Source of the DNA: Scyliorhinus canicula
Lineage: Eukaryota
Assembly: GCF_902713615.1 (NCBI RefSeq)
Contig: NW_024055760.1
Span: forward strand, 310,001-363,611
DNA: 53,611 nucleotides
Direction: 5' to 3'
The position numbers were made by a program, and so were the translations under genes. The notes beneath the pieces were generated by a model. The model did no database searches. It saw only the letters and a list, made by a program, of their open reading frames with translations, and was not told the origin of the DNA. Of the stretch, positions 21,761-34,411 are shown piece after piece. The stretch's first letter is position 1; each line of letters opens with the position of its first letter.

Positions 21761-22934
21761 GATCCACAGAAACCAATGTAATTAATGTCAGCTTGGAGAT
21801 ACTCGAACAATGATGAGTTGACCCCAACATTATCCCTGTTCTCCGGATGGGATTACTGTACTCTGTCTGTATTATTGCAGAGCTGTTAATGAAGTCAGCA
21901 AAAGACAATCTGTTGTTGGGAGCTTGATTATAGAAATACAGAAAATTGAAGGAGTGGCCATTTTGCTCTTCGAGCCTGCTGCCCCATTCATTATGATCAT
22001 GGCTGATTTCCCAACTCAGTAACCTATTCCTGCTTTTCCCTCATATCCTTTGATCCCTTTAGCCCCAAGCTCTATATTATCTGGTGGCTGAAACAACAGG
22101 ATTCAATATTTAGAGTCAAGAAGATGAGCAAGGATGTGTTCATCAGGGCCCAATTATCCAGCTGGATATTCACAGGGGAAAGTCAGTCTGTTATCGAACA
22201 ATTTGAGGGAATTGAACAGAGAAAAGTCCCAATTGTAAGAACCCCGTAAATCATTTGTAAATATCTGTCAAATGTTGGCAGGTTCCAACTGTCGATTTCC
22301 ATCACGTTGAAGTCAGTAAGAGGCATGAGGGTGGTTATTCTGGAACTAAAAAACACCAGTTAGATCACAGCTAGAGTACCCAGTACAGTTCTGGTCACCA
22401 CATTACAGGGAATAGGGAATAGCTCATTCTCAGCCAGTACAAACATAGTGGGCTGAATGGCCTCCACTGTGTTGGAAACTTTTAGGATTCTGTGATGACA
22501 AGTGGTCCTTGTGTTTTTATCCAAGACAGACCTCGGCCCAGTCATTTGCTCCAAGTGTTGATGTGATGGTTCAAGCCAAGAGGTGTGTTGTGGAAACTGT
22601 GGTTAAAGCTTGTATTTCTAGAGACAGATGCACATTGAAAAGGGAAACGGAGAAAAGAAACTGACTCTCAGCTGCCAAGGAATCTAAGACTGAAACTGAG
22701 TAGAATCGTATAAAAGGACAAAGAGAACCCTCAGAGCTCAGTCACAGATTGTGGGTTCAGTGGTGCAGTACAGGCAAGTTGAGGAGTCTGGACCCAGAAG
22801 CAGAAAATAAGTGAAGATAACGTTTCTGAAGATAACACTGGTGGCGATACAGACCATAAGATATAGGAGCAGAATTAGGCTATTTAAGCCATTTAATCCA
22901 TTGGGTCTGCTCCACCATTGAATCATAAAATAGG

Positions 22935-24215
22935 ACTGAGTCAGCACGGCTTTGTCAAAGGGAGGTTGTGTCTGACAAATCTGTCAAGAGTTATTTGCGG
23001 AGGTAACAAGCAAGTTAGACAAAAGAGATCCAGTTGATGTGATTCATTTAGATTTCCAGAAGGCCTTTGACAAGATGCCGTACAGGAGACTGTTAAATAA
23101 GTTAAGAGCTCATGGTGTTCAGGGTAATATCCTGGCATGGATAGAGGATTGGCTGACCAGCAGAAGGCAGAGAGTGGGGATAAAGGGGTCTTTTTCAGGG
23201 TGGCAGCCAGTGACTAGTGGTGTGCCTCAGGGGTCTGTGCTGGAACCACAACTTTTTACAACATACATTAATGATCTGGAAGAAGGTACTGAAGGCACTG
23301 TTGCTAAGTTTGCAGATGATACAAAGATCTGTAAAGGGAAGGTAGTGTCGAGGAAGCAAAGGGCTGCAGAAGGACTTGGACAAGCTAGGAGAGTGGGCAA
23401 TGAAGTGGCAAATGAAATACAATGTGGAAAAGTGTGAGTTTATGAACTTTGGAAGGAGGAATCTAGGCATAGACTATTTTCTCAATGAGGAAATGCTTCG
23501 GAAAGCAGAAGCACAAAGGGACTTGGGAGTCCTTGTTCACGATTCTCTTAAGGTTAATGTGCAGGTTCAGTCAGCAGTTAAGAAGGTAAATGCAATGTTA
23601 GCATTCATGTGAAGAGGGCTAGAATACAAGACCAGGGATGTACTTCTGAGGCTGTATTCAGCTCTGGTCAGACCCGATTTGGAGTATTGTGAGCAGTTTT
23701 GGGCCCCATATCTAAGGAAAGATGTGTTGGCCTTGGAAAGGGTCCAGAGGGGTTTCCCCAAGAATGATCCCTGGAATGAAGAACTTGTCGTATCTGGAAC
23801 GGTTGAGGACTCTGGGTCTGTACTCGTTGGAGTTTAGAAGGATGAGAGGGCATGTTATTACAAGACATTGCGAGGCCTGGATAGAGTGGACGTGGAGAGG
23901 ATGTTTCCACTTGTAGGAAAAACTAGAACCAGAGGACACCATCTCAGATTAAAGGGACAATCCTTTAAAACAGAGATGAGGAGGAATTTCTTCAGCCTGA
24001 GGGTGGTGAATCGGTGGTACTCTTTGCCGCAGAAGGCTGTGGAGGCCATATCACTGAGTGTCTTTAAGACAGAGATAGATAGGTTCTTGATTAATAAAGG
24101 GATCAGGGGTTATGGGGAGAAGGCAGGAGAATGGAGATGAGAAAATATCAGCCATGATTGAATAGCAGAGCAGACTCGATGGGTCAAGTGGCCTAATTCT
24201 GCTCCTCTGTCTTAT
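22935..24215 (+). mobile_element. 5'-truncated CR1/HER1 LINE (RT and 3' end)
   Basis: [49 protein letters not shown]. Frameshifted, with the 3' tail intact. Confidence 0.93.
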
Positions 24216-24259
24216 GGTAGATATGTTTATTATCCCCATTCTCCTCATAATCCAATTAG

Positions 24260-24589
24260 AGGGCTAGGTAGTGTTGAGGAAGCAGGGAGGCTGCAGAAGT
24301 GTGAGGTTATGCACTTTTTAAGGAAGAATAAGGGCTTAGACTATTTTCTACAAAGGCTTCGAAATCAGAAGCACAAAGGGAGTTGGAAGGTCTAGTTCAG
24401 GATTCTCTAGGTTAACATGCAGGTTCACTTGGCGGTGAGGAAGGCAAATGCAATGTTCGTGATTAATAAGGGGATCAGGGATTATGGGGAAAAGGCAGGA
24501 GAATGGGGATGAGAAAAATATCAGCCATGATTGAATGGCAGAGCCGACTCGATGGGCTGAATGGCCTAATTCTGCTCCTATATTTTATG
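24260..24589 (+). mobile_element. Internally deleted CR1 3' copy
   Basis: Patchwork match to 23340-23600 and 24090-24215. Confidence 0.75.
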
Positions 24590-24838
24590 ATGTGGAGATT
24601 CCGGCGTTGGACTGGGGTGAGCACAGTAAGAAGTCTTACAACACCAGGTTAAAGTCCAACAGGTTTGTTTCAAACACGAGCTTTCGGAGCGCAGCTCCTT
24701 CCTCAGGTGAATGAAGAGGTAGGTTCCAGAAACATATATATACCTCTTCATTCACCTGAGGAAGGAGCAGTGCTCGGAAAGCTAGTGTTTGAAACAAACA
24801 TGTTGCACTTTAACCTGGTGTTGTAAGACATCTTACTG
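24590..24838. mobile_element. Fold-back Penelope-like element (family 1) with two inverted hammerhead motifs and a 14-bp TSD
   Basis: About 99-bp inverted arms (24623-24721 and 24741-24839). TSD tcctatattttatg at 24576-24589 and 24839-24852. Confidence 0.8.
24675..24709 (-). ncRNA. Minimal type I hammerhead ribozyme motif
   Basis: cac-CUGAGGA-a-GGAGC ugc GCUCC-GAAA-gc-UC-gug: intact core, 5-bp stem II, palindromic AGCU stem III and cac/gug stem I. Confidence 0.75.
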
Positions 24839-24974
24839 TCCTATATTTTATGGTCTTAATGTAATAAAACATCCCTCGGTGCTTCAGGGGTTTCAGAAAG
24901 AAGAAAATGACATTGAGTCACATCGGCTGATGTTCGGGTAATAATTAGGGTAAATGGACAAAAAAAAATTTTTT

Positions 24975-25189
24975 AATATATAAATTTAGAGCACCCAATT
25001 CATTTTTTCCAAATAAGGGGCAGTTTAGCGTGTCCAATCCACCTACCCGGCACATCTTTGGGTTGTGGGGGCGAAACCCACGCAAACACGGATGCAAACT
25101 CCACACGGACAGTGACCCAGAGCTGGGATCAAACCTGAGTCCTTGGCACCCTGAGGCAGAGTGCTAACCACTGTGCCACCGTGCTACCC
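24975..25189 (-). mobile_element. V-SINE variant with A-rich tail
   Basis: Family motifs as in the copies above. Confidence 0.8.
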
Positions 25190-25468
25190 TTAAATGGATA
25201 AAATCTTGATTGGAGAGGGAGATTTTAACAAATATCTTTAATCAGTGCTAAGAGGTGGAAACGGTCAAGAGCTTGAGGGAGACCTTCAAAGAAACTCACA
25301 TATCAAAGATATAAAAAAAGACTCAACAGACTGCACTTAACACAAAAACAGATGTTTGTTTTTTAATCCAGAATATATAACTAAGCTGAAGTTTAACATC
25401 AGCAAAACAGACTCCAATGAACATGGTTTAGACATGAATGTCATTCCTAACAAAATCCAGTCATTATT

Positions 25469-25932
<464 letters not shown>

Positions 25933-26499
25933 CTATTTAGACGCAGTGCAGGTGGACGGTCTCTCCCCATTGTGAACCCGCTGGTGTTGCCGTAAGTTGG
26001 ATGAATCAGCAAATCCCTTTTTACACACAGAGCAGGTGAATGGTCTCTCCCCAGTGTGAAGTCGCTGGTGTGTCTTCAGGGTGGATGACTGTGTGAATCC
26101 CTTCCCACACTGAGAGCAGGTGAACGGTTTCTTCCCAGTGTGAACCTGTTGGTGTGTCAGCAGGTGGGATGAAGTGGTGAATCCCTTCCCACACTTGGAG
26201 CAGGTGAACGGTCTCTCCCCATTGTGAACCCGCTGGTGTTGCCGTAAGTTGGATGAATCAGCAAATCCCTTTGCACACACAGTGCAGGTGAACGGCCTCT
26301 CTCCTGTGGGATGGCGCCGATGAAGTTTCAGGCGAGATGGGTAACTGAATCCCTTCCCACAGTCCTCACATTTCCACGATTTCTCCCCAGTCTGACTACA
26401 CTTGTGTTTTGACAGGTCAGATGATCGGCTGAATCCTCGTCCACACACAGAACACGTGTACGGTTTTTCCCCACCGTGAATGATACTTTTTCCTTTCAT
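25933..26499 (-). CDS. C2H2 zinc-finger protein, subfamily B, about 6 fingers (prematurely truncated, may be a pseudogene)
   Basis: Likely start [14 protein letters not shown] at 26499, homologous to the starts at 14716 and 51700. Confidence 0.7.
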   Translation of the reverse strand: MKGKSIIHGGEKPYTCSVCGRGFSRSSDLSKHKCSQTGEKSWKCEDCGKGFSYPSRLKLHRRHPTGERPFTCTVCAKGFADSSNLRQHQRVHNGERPFTCSKCGKGFTTSSHLLTHQQVHTGKKPFTCSQCGKGFTQSSTLKTHQRLHTGERPFTCSVCKKGFADSSNLRQHQRVHNGERPSTCTASK

Positions 26500-27479
26500 T
26501 TTTAAACTTTGTTGATGTTCCGATGATATACGGGCGATGGTAAATTGTGAGGCTCCGTGTGATCTTGATGTGATGTTGGTTTGAGTTTCCCAAATGCAAA
26601 TCCTTTGAACCTCCTGTGAAATTGATTGAAAACAGAAAATAAGGAGTGAGAGAGAACCACAAAAACACAAAGGCAGGTTGTGAAATTGAGCTGTATGAAT
26701 CTGGTCATTTGTGGGGCCGACACTGGGAAAAGTGACCATGAAAACTGCTGGATTGTTGTAAAAACTCAACTGGTTCACAGATGTCCTTCAGGGGAGGGAA
26801 GCTGCCAAACTTGAGTCCCACTCACTCACTCATCACCCCTGTGCTCACTGACCTACATTGGGACTCAGCTAAGCAACATCTGAATGGAACATTCACATCC
26901 CTGTTTGTAAATCTTGCTCTTCACTATTTCCAGCTACACAGGTGTTTAATTCTTGAACCACAGATCAAACATAAATACTTACATTCAGGTCCCGATGAAC
27001 TGAGTGACTGCCAGATTTTGATGTTAATCTTGGTTTTCCAGAGTGGGATGGGGAGGAGGAGAGAGCGAGAGAGAGAGAATTGGAGGTGCGTGATGACATC
27101 ACAGACAGGAAGACACAGCATCTGGATCTGTGCAAACCAGTGGTCATCACACATTATCGAGGATGTGATGGCCCTCGAGAGAGAGAGTGCAGGCGAGACT
27201 TACCAGAGTAGTTCCAGGAATGAGGGGTTTTGGTTGCAATGTTAGTTTGGAGAAACTGCAGTTGTTCTTCTTGGAGCAAAGGAGAATGATAGAGGTGTTC
27301 AAGTTTCTGATTGGTCTCAGTAAAGTAGCTAAAGAAACGTTGCTCCTACTAGCTGATTGTAAAAAGGATTTCAGGACACAGATTTAAGATTTGGAGCAAG
27401 ATCTACAGAGCGATATGAGGAAGAAATTTTACAGTGAGTGGTAATGACTTGGAACTCAATGCTTACGCTGAAAGTGCGA

Positions 27480-27720
27480 TAATATCCAGGACCTGATGAA
27501 TCGAGTGATGCTGTCAGAGTTTGATGTCAGGTTTTCTTTACGTTTCCTGCCTGCAAATCCTTTTCTAATACCCCGAAAATCAAAATTCAGGAAAAAAATA
27601 AACCTATTGTTGGTTTGAGTTTGCTTTGTGTAAATCCTCCCTTTCTAACCCCCTGTAAAAGGAGTTTTCAAAATTCATCATTGTCAGTCCAGGATAGAAA
27701 TTCACTACATTCTCCCCTCC
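27480..27720 (-). pseudogene. ZNF 5' exon remnants
   Basis: Reverse strand gaatttctatcctggactgacaatgatg..ccttttacag|gg.. and gacagcatcactcgattcatcaggtcctg. Confidence 0.55.
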
Positions 27721-27765
27721 TGCTCCCTGGGCCAGGATGACAGCTCATACTCCCAGCTGCACTTA

Positions 27766-28459
27766 ATAGAATTTACAGTGCAGAAGGAGGCCATTCGGCC
27801 CATCAAGTCTGCACCGGCTCTTGGAATGAGCACCCTACCCAAGCCCATACCTCCACCCTATCCCCATAACCCAGTAACCCCACCTAACACTAAGGGCAAT
27901 TTGGACCCTGAGGGCAATTTAGCCTGGCCAATTCACCTAACCTGCACATCTTTGGACTGTGGGAGGAAACCGGAGCACCCGGAGGAAACCCACGCACACA
28001 CGGGGAGAACGTGCAGACTCCACACAGACAGTGACCCAAGCCGGGATTCGAACCTGGGACCCTGGAGCTGTGAAGCATTTGTGCTCACCACTATGCTACC
28101 GTGCTGCCCATTTTTTAGAATTTACAGTGCAGAAGGAGGCCATTCGGCCCATCAAGTCTGCACCGGCTCTTGGAATGAGCACCCTACCCAAGCCCATACC
28201 TCCACCCTATCCCCATAACCCAGTAACCCCACCTAACACTAAGGGCAATTTGGACCCTGAGGGCAATTTAGCCTGGCCAATTCACCTAACCTGCACATCT
28301 TTGGACTGTGGGAGGAAACCGGAGAACCCGGAGGAAACCCACGCACACACAGGGAGAACGTGCAGACTCCACACAGACAGTGACCCAAGCCGGGATTCGA
28401 ACCTGGGACCCTGGAGCTGTGAAGCATTTGTGCTCACCACTATGCTACCGTGCTGCCCA
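27766..28459 (-). mobile_element. Tandem dimer of HE1 SINE (349-bp period)
   Basis: Two nearly identical full-length copies. Confidence 0.92.
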
Positions 28460-28729
28460 CTTTACCCTCATTGTCATCAGCCATACCTCAATTTCAGGAT
28501 GACCTTTACTCAAGGTTGTGAGTTTCTGAGGTGGTTCTTGATATGACTGGACACGGTCGTAGATCTTTAGACACATGGAGGAGGATGTTCCAAGAGGTAG
28601 TGAGAACTGAAAAGCAGAACGTCTTTCTCTTCTTTTCCATCTCTGCCTCAACAATAAGACATTGGGACTCAAAGGTTTGATGGTTGTCTTGGGTAACAAA
28701 CCCTTCCCAAACCATTGGATAAAATCAAA

Positions 28730-29240
28730 TTACTGTGGATACTGGAATTTGAAACCAAAAAGAAAATGCTGGAAAATTTCAGCATATCTGGCAGCATCTG
28801 TAGGGGAGAAAAGAGCTGACGTTTTGAGTCCAGATGACCACTCAAAACATTAGCTCGTTTAGAACATAGAACATACAGTTCAGGAGGATGCCATTCAGCC
28901 AATCGAGTCTGCACCGACCCACTTAAACCCTCACTTCCACCCTATTCCCGTAACCCAATAACCCCTCTGAACCTTTTTGGTCACTAAAGGCAATTTTTCA
29001 TGGCCAATCCACCTAACCTGCGCGTCTTTAGACTGTGGGAGGAAACCGGAGCACCCGGAGGAAACCCACACAGATATGGGGAGAACGTGCAGACTCCGAA
29101 CAGTGACCCAGCAGGGAATCAAACCTGGGATCCTGGTGTTGTGAAGCCACAGTGCTATCCACTTGTGCTACCGTGCTGCCCTCTTCTCTCCCTACAGATG
29201 CTGCCAGACCTGCTGAGAGTTTCCAGCATTTTCTTTTTGG
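28730..29240. mobile_element. Fold-back Penelope-like family 2 element split by an HE1 SINE (28862-29181, minus strand)
   Basis: 28755-28812 is the inverse of 29184-29238, with an internal palindrome at 28813-28856. Confidence 0.65.
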
Positions 29241-29309
29241 CTCCTCCCAAAACATTCTCCTTCTTCAAAACATCCCAAAAGGGGCAGCACGGTAGCATTG
29301 TGGATGGCA

Positions 29310-29900
29310 CCCCCTACAAAGATGGTGGCTCCGCATGCGCCCTGGTGCGCTACACCCCGCCGTTCGCCGAGACCGAACATGAGGAGCTGCAACTCCGCTC
29401 GGTACAAATTGGGTCCGGTAACCTCTTTTCCTAGATTTGCGGCTCACACAACATTTTCACGGAGCGTTTCCGCCCACCGCGCGGCTTCTTCGCTCCCTCC
29501 GCCCCGTCAATCGCCTCTGACCGATTTCAGATGATCATCACCATTACCCACACTGCGCATGCTTCAATCTCAGACCGGCCCCGCATTCACTCCGATTGGT
29601 TGGAGGACCAGCCGCTCTCTGTCGGTCCTCCAGTACAGCCTCTACTCTTATTGGTCAATCCACTGCCTGACGCTTCTCCGGGACAAACAAGCGCCGACGT
29701 CACCTTTGCTCCAAACTGCACCTGCGCACTAAATTCAAGCAACTGCGTTGCCCATACGCCAGATCACAATGTCGGTAAGTGATTGACGGCAGCTCTGGAC
29801 CAATGGGAAGAGGGGGCGAGTCTGGAAGACTGAACGGGAGCGGCTGACCCTCCAATCAATCAAAGTGAATGAGGGGCGGGGCTGAGCTCGGATCTCTCTC
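29310..29900. promoter_or_regulatory. CpG-rich promoter with two inverted CCAAT/GC-box modules
   Basis: 29550-29665 (+) and 29762-29885 (-) are both homologous to 4200-4345. NRF1-like and YY1-like motifs are present. Confidence 0.65.
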
Positions 29901-30095
29901 ATTGGCTGACACTCTGCATCATTTTGAATCTGATTTGTCTCAAACTCCAGGAGAAAATTGGACCTTTCTGTTTGTGGCTTTAAACAGATGACACCCTGTG
30001 GGTCTGGAGAAAACGTTTCAACATTTGTCACTGAAATGAGGCAAGTCACCAAGCAGGAGCTTCCAACCCCAGGCCACCACCGTCTGTAAAGACAA

Positions 30096-30212
30096 GATGT
30101 GACGGAGTTGGACTGGGATGAGCACAGTAAGGAGTCTGACAACACCAGGTTAAAGTCCAACAGGTTTGTTTCAAATCACTAGCTTTTACAGCACTGCTCC
30201 CTCCTCAGGTGA
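30096..30212 (-). mobile_element. Penelope-like family 1 fragment
   Basis: Matches 24590-24710, with a degraded hammerhead core. Confidence 0.7.
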
Positions 30213-30632
30213 AAGACAAGGGCAGCAGACTCTTCGGGAGCAGCCTCCCCGGGGAGGCAGTGGACAAGCAATCCACACAGCCAGGGACATGATTTTGGGA
30301 TAATAAAAGCAAAATTCTGCAGATGCTAGAAATCTAATAAAATCAGAAAGTACCGAAGGAGATTCAAAACGTTCATTATTTTTCTCTCTCCACAGATACT
30401 GCCAGACCCGCTGAGTTAATGCCACGAATCATCTTTTTTTATTATAATGGTACCGGAGTTTGAATCCTACCATGGCTGAATTTGATTTCAATCAAAATAT
30501 TGTGATCATGGATCAATTGTCGTAAAAACACATCTGGTTTTCAAGTCCTTTTGGGAAGGAAAAGTGGCGTCCTTACCCAGTCAGGTCTACATGTGACACA
30601 ATTCATAAACGGTTCAAGGGCTTAAAGGAATA

Positions 30633-30967
30633 TGGGCAGCACGTAGCACAGTGGTTAGCACTGTCACTTCACAACTCCAGGGTCCCAGGTTCGATTCCCG
30701 ACTTGGGTCACTGTCTGTGTGGAGTTTGCACGTACTCGCTGTGTCTGCGTGGGTTTCCTCCGGGTGCTCTGGTTTCCTCCCACAGTCCAAAGATGTACAG
30801 GTTAGGTGGACTGGCCATGATAAATTGCCCTTAGTGTCCAGAAAAAGGGTAGGTGGGGTTACTGGGATGGGGTGGAGGTGTGGGCTTAAGTAGAGTGCTC
30901 TGTCCAAGGGCCAGTGCAGACTCAATGGACCGAATGGTCTCCTTCTGCACTGTAAATTCTATGATTC
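30633..30967 (+). mobile_element. HE1-type V-SINE, full length
   Basis: Head, V-core and CR1-like tail. Confidence 0.9.
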
Positions 30968-31382
30968 TCTAACTGGGCTGACAGGAAATGTCACCATCTG
31001 AACAAGGAGTCTCCCTGGTCAGCAGAAGGGTTAGGCTAGGTTAGGGAGAAGGTTGATACTGTCATCATTGTGAACAACACAAACTATCTCTTGTAGCTTG
31101 TTGAATCAGATTTAACGGGGTCAATTTCTAGATGTTTTCTGGACTGGACAATCACATTTAAATCTGGGACTCAGGTGACGATATGAATTTGTGTTAGGTG
31201 ACAAGATGTAGATCCATATTTTATCCCAGGAAGCCTTACACCCAGAGTGATAGTATTTCAGAACCAGGTGTGAAGCATGATTTCATCCTCAAAAGGACCA
31301 CAAAAGTTCTATCATGAGAGCATCCACTGGAAGAATATTTGCCCCTCTGTATGTGGGAACGACAGACTCTGTGAGGAACAGC

Positions 31383-31452
31383 TCCTCCAATCTCAGATTC
31401 TGTCTCTCCCAATGTCGTTGCTTCTGCAGAGACAGAATCTGTGATTGGAGGA
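31383..31452. repeat. 25-bp inverted repeat (1 mismatch) with a 20-nt loop
   Basis: tcctccaatctcagattctgtctct / agagacagaatctgtgattggagga. Confidence 0.9.
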
Positions 31453-32225
31453 ACAGCTTTGTCACCCATTTTGAGGAAGGAAGCTGGCTGACATGCTGCC
31501 TGAGTCAGTGCTGTGTGGAGGAGCCGTGTCTCTCTGGGACAGAACTGAAGGATTTCATAGCAGTGGGAGTCTCGTCATGATCCAACCATCGCAGACGTGT
31601 AGAGCTTTCCCCATTCTGCTGAGCAAGATTTCATTATTTTTATATATCCCAGGAGGTGGGGTGCACAGCTCAGGAATTGGAGTAATCGGCGATTGTGAAC
31701 TTACTCACAAATCACATCTGTCAAATTAGAAGTTGAGATCCAGGTTTCATTCTTCACTGCTGTTATTTGCAGTTGAACGCTCACGGACAATATACAGAAC
31801 CCCCGGTCTGAGCTGATCTCAGTGGGTGGAGTGAGGTTATCGAGGGGTTTTGAATGTAAATCCACACAATGAAGATCAGAATCGGGTGAGTTTTTCCTGC
31901 TCCACCGTCTGATCCAATAAACACTCGGCACCTGTTCAGTTACCTTGAGTCAAATAGTTTGAATTCTCATTTTGGAAATGGAGTAAGGGGGTTTTCCTTT
32001 TTAAATAAATTAACAAAAACATCTTATTTACAGATTCCAATTTAAAAGATTTAATATGTACACAGTCTTTGATATTTGTGCTATCTTATCCACAAAAATA
32101 AGTAAACTCAAAAAATATTCAACACAAATACAGACGGTAATGTGATTACGTGACTACATCACTTAATAAAGGTGTCAGAGTGGAAAAGGAGATCCTGGAA
32201 ACCTAAATTTAACTCCTGAAAATCA

Positions 32226-32400
32226 GGTTAGCACACAGGGCTAAATCGCTGGCTTTTAAAACAGACCACAGCAGGCCAAGCAGCACGGTTCAATTCCCGT
32301 ACCAGCCTCCCCGAACAGGCGCGGTATGTGGCGACTAGGGGCTTTTCACAGTAACTTCATTTGAAGTCTACTTGTGACAAAAAGCGATTTTCATTTCATT
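32226..32400 (+). mobile_element. Type-B SINE
   Basis: Head and (TTTCA)n tail as at 14849. Confidence 0.85.
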
Positions 32401-32742
32401 GAGCATCTCGCGAGAAAATCTGAAGAAAAGCCATTGAAAAAAATATATTTTAAACTCTGCAGTCAGATCTTTCAGACACTGAATTGTAGATTATGCACCA
32501 AAGATTGATTCAGAATTGAAGCAAAAGTTCAGAAATTTATTCTAAACATGTTTCTATTGAGAGTTCCTGGATTAAGGGGAAAGATCACAGATGGTGCTTT
32601 TAAAAATAGACACTAGCCCCAAAAATACATGCAATTTTCAGCGTATTAAGTTTCAGCAGTTATGAGGTTAATATCAGCAGAAAATATTGTCAGACGATCA
32701 AAACTAAACAACAGCAAAAACAGCAGAATCCAACCCCTGCAG

Positions 32743-33666
32743 TCATTGATGAACTTGCTGATGTCTCTGGAGGCATCGTGACTGAGTGAATCCCTTCCCA
32801 CACACACAGCAGTTGAATGGTCTCTCAGTGTGAGTGCGTTGGTGTGCCAGCAAGTTGAAAGACTTTGCGAATCCCTTCCCACACACTGTGCAGGTAAACG
32901 GTTTCTCCCCAGTGTGAACGCGCTGGTGAGCAGTGAGGTTGGACGACCGATTGAATCCTTTCCCACACACGGAGCATGTGAATGGTCTCTCCGCAGTGTG
33001 AATGCGTTGGTGAGCAGTGAGGTTGGATGACTGCCTGAAACTCTTTCCACAGGAGGTGCAGCTGAATGGTTTCTCTTCATTGTGAATTCGCTGGTGTCTC
33101 AGAAGGGTGGGTAAAACTGTGAATCCCTTTGCACACACAAAGCAAGTAAACCATCTTTCCCCAGTATGGAGCCGCTGGTGTGCAATGAGGGAGCATGCCT
33201 GTCTGAAACTCTTTCCACAGGAAGTGCAGCTGAATGGTTTCTCCTTAATGTGAACACGCTGGTGTGACAGTAAGTGGGATGATCCAGTGAATCCCTTCCC
33301 ACACACAGAGCAGGTGAACGGCCTCTCACCTCTATGAACACGCTGGTGCGACAGCAGGTGAAAAGACTGAGTGAATCCCTTCCCACACTCGGAGCAGATG
33401 AACGGCTTCTCCCCAGTGTGAGTGCGTTGATGTACAGTGAGTGCTGAAGAATGCCTGAACCTCTTTCCACAGGAGGTGCAGATGAATAGCTTTTCCTCAG
33501 TGTGAATCCGCTGGTGAGACCAAAGGCCAGATGACTGAATGAAACCCTCCCCACACACAGAGCAGGTGAATGGCCTCTCCCCAGTGTGACTGCGCTGATG
33601 GTTTTCCAGCAGGGAAGGATAACTGAATCCCTTCCCACAGTCCTCACATTTCCATGGTTTCTCCAT
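32743..33666 (-). CDS. C2H2 zinc-finger protein, subfamily A, 11 fingers
   Basis: ATG at 33666 (accATGgag, MEKPWKCEDC) and an uninterrupted array. Confidence 0.92.
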   Translation of the reverse strand: MEKPWKCEDCGKGFSYPSLLENHQRSHTGERPFTCSVCGEGFIQSSGLWSHQRIHTEEKLFICTSCGKRFRHSSALTVHQRTHTGEKPFICSECGKGFTQSFHLLSHQRVHRGERPFTCSVCGKGFTGSSHLLSHQRVHIKEKPFSCTSCGKSFRQACSLIAHQRLHTGERWFTCFVCAKGFTVLPTLLRHQRIHNEEKPFSCTSCGKSFRQSSNLTAHQRIHTAERPFTCSVCGKGFNRSSNLTAHQRVHTGEKPFTCTVCGKGFAKSFNLLAHQRTHTERPFNCCVCGKGFTQSRCLQRHQQVHQ

Positions 33667-34290
33667 GGTGCCAGTGTCCTTGTGTCTCTCCAAGTTGGAA
33701 GATCAGTTGAAGTCTTCTCCACATACAGGACATGTGTACAGTCTCTCCTCGCTGTGAATGGTGTGATATTTCTTCAGGCTGTGTAAATGATTAGAGCTCT
33801 TTCCTCAGTCAATTCACTGGAACACTCTCACTCGGGTGTGTTTGTCTCGATATCTTTCCAGTCTCACTGATGTTTAACATTTGTTTCTCACAGACAGAAG
33901 AGACAAACATTTCTCCTTCAACATTCAAAGTCTGAGGATTTTCAGGTCCTGATGAATTGATTGACTGTCAGATGACATTTGGTTTCAGTCTCACATCTGT
34001 AAACCCTCCACTTCCAATATCCTGTAAAAGGAGTTTACAAAAGCCATCAGTCAGTCTAGGATAGAAATTCTGAACAGACAATTCTAGTTTCTCTGGAACA
34101 TTTTTCCCTCTCTTGTTCCCCCAAAGCTGTAAATCCCCGACCCACACACTCTCCCTCCTCCTTGGGCTGAAATCCAAACCCATCTCACCATCTGCACCAT
34201 TTCTTTCCTCCACTCCCAGTTTTCTCCCTCCCTCTCCTCAGTCTGGGTTCAGTTCTCCAGCTCCTGTCTGCAGACGGACAATAAAATCAA
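33667..34290 (-). other. Relic-finger leader, acceptor and small upstream exon of the 32743 gene
   Basis: Exon ending atggtgcagatg|gtgag, acceptor cttttacag|gatatt and a leader with FQ*ID*GKS and DFN*SSNLERH. Confidence 0.7.
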
Positions 34291-34411
34291 TTATTTTCTT
34301 TGTCAATTATTCTTCTTGTCTACTGTGTACTCACTATGTATGTTCTCTTGGACACAGAAATATACTTTTGACTGTACTTTGTGACATGTGAGAATCAATC
34401 GATCAATCCAT

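Noticed and set aside
22935-24215. Active or domesticated reverse transcriptase gene
   Set aside because: It is 5'-truncated and frameshifted, an ordinary dead CR1 copy.
27778-28546. Recurrent ORFs such as CTSLDCGRKPEHPEETHAHTGR
   Set aside because: They are antisense translations of HE1 SINEs and recur wherever the SINE does.
31701-31931. 76-aa ORF or possible exon on the minus strand
   Set aside because: No recognisable motif or paralog in the window, so it cannot be supported without a search.
33099-33722. Alternative-frame ORFs overlapping ZNF arrays (..[17 protein letters not shown]..)
   Set aside because: These are typical shadow frames of repetitive C2H2 coding sequence.
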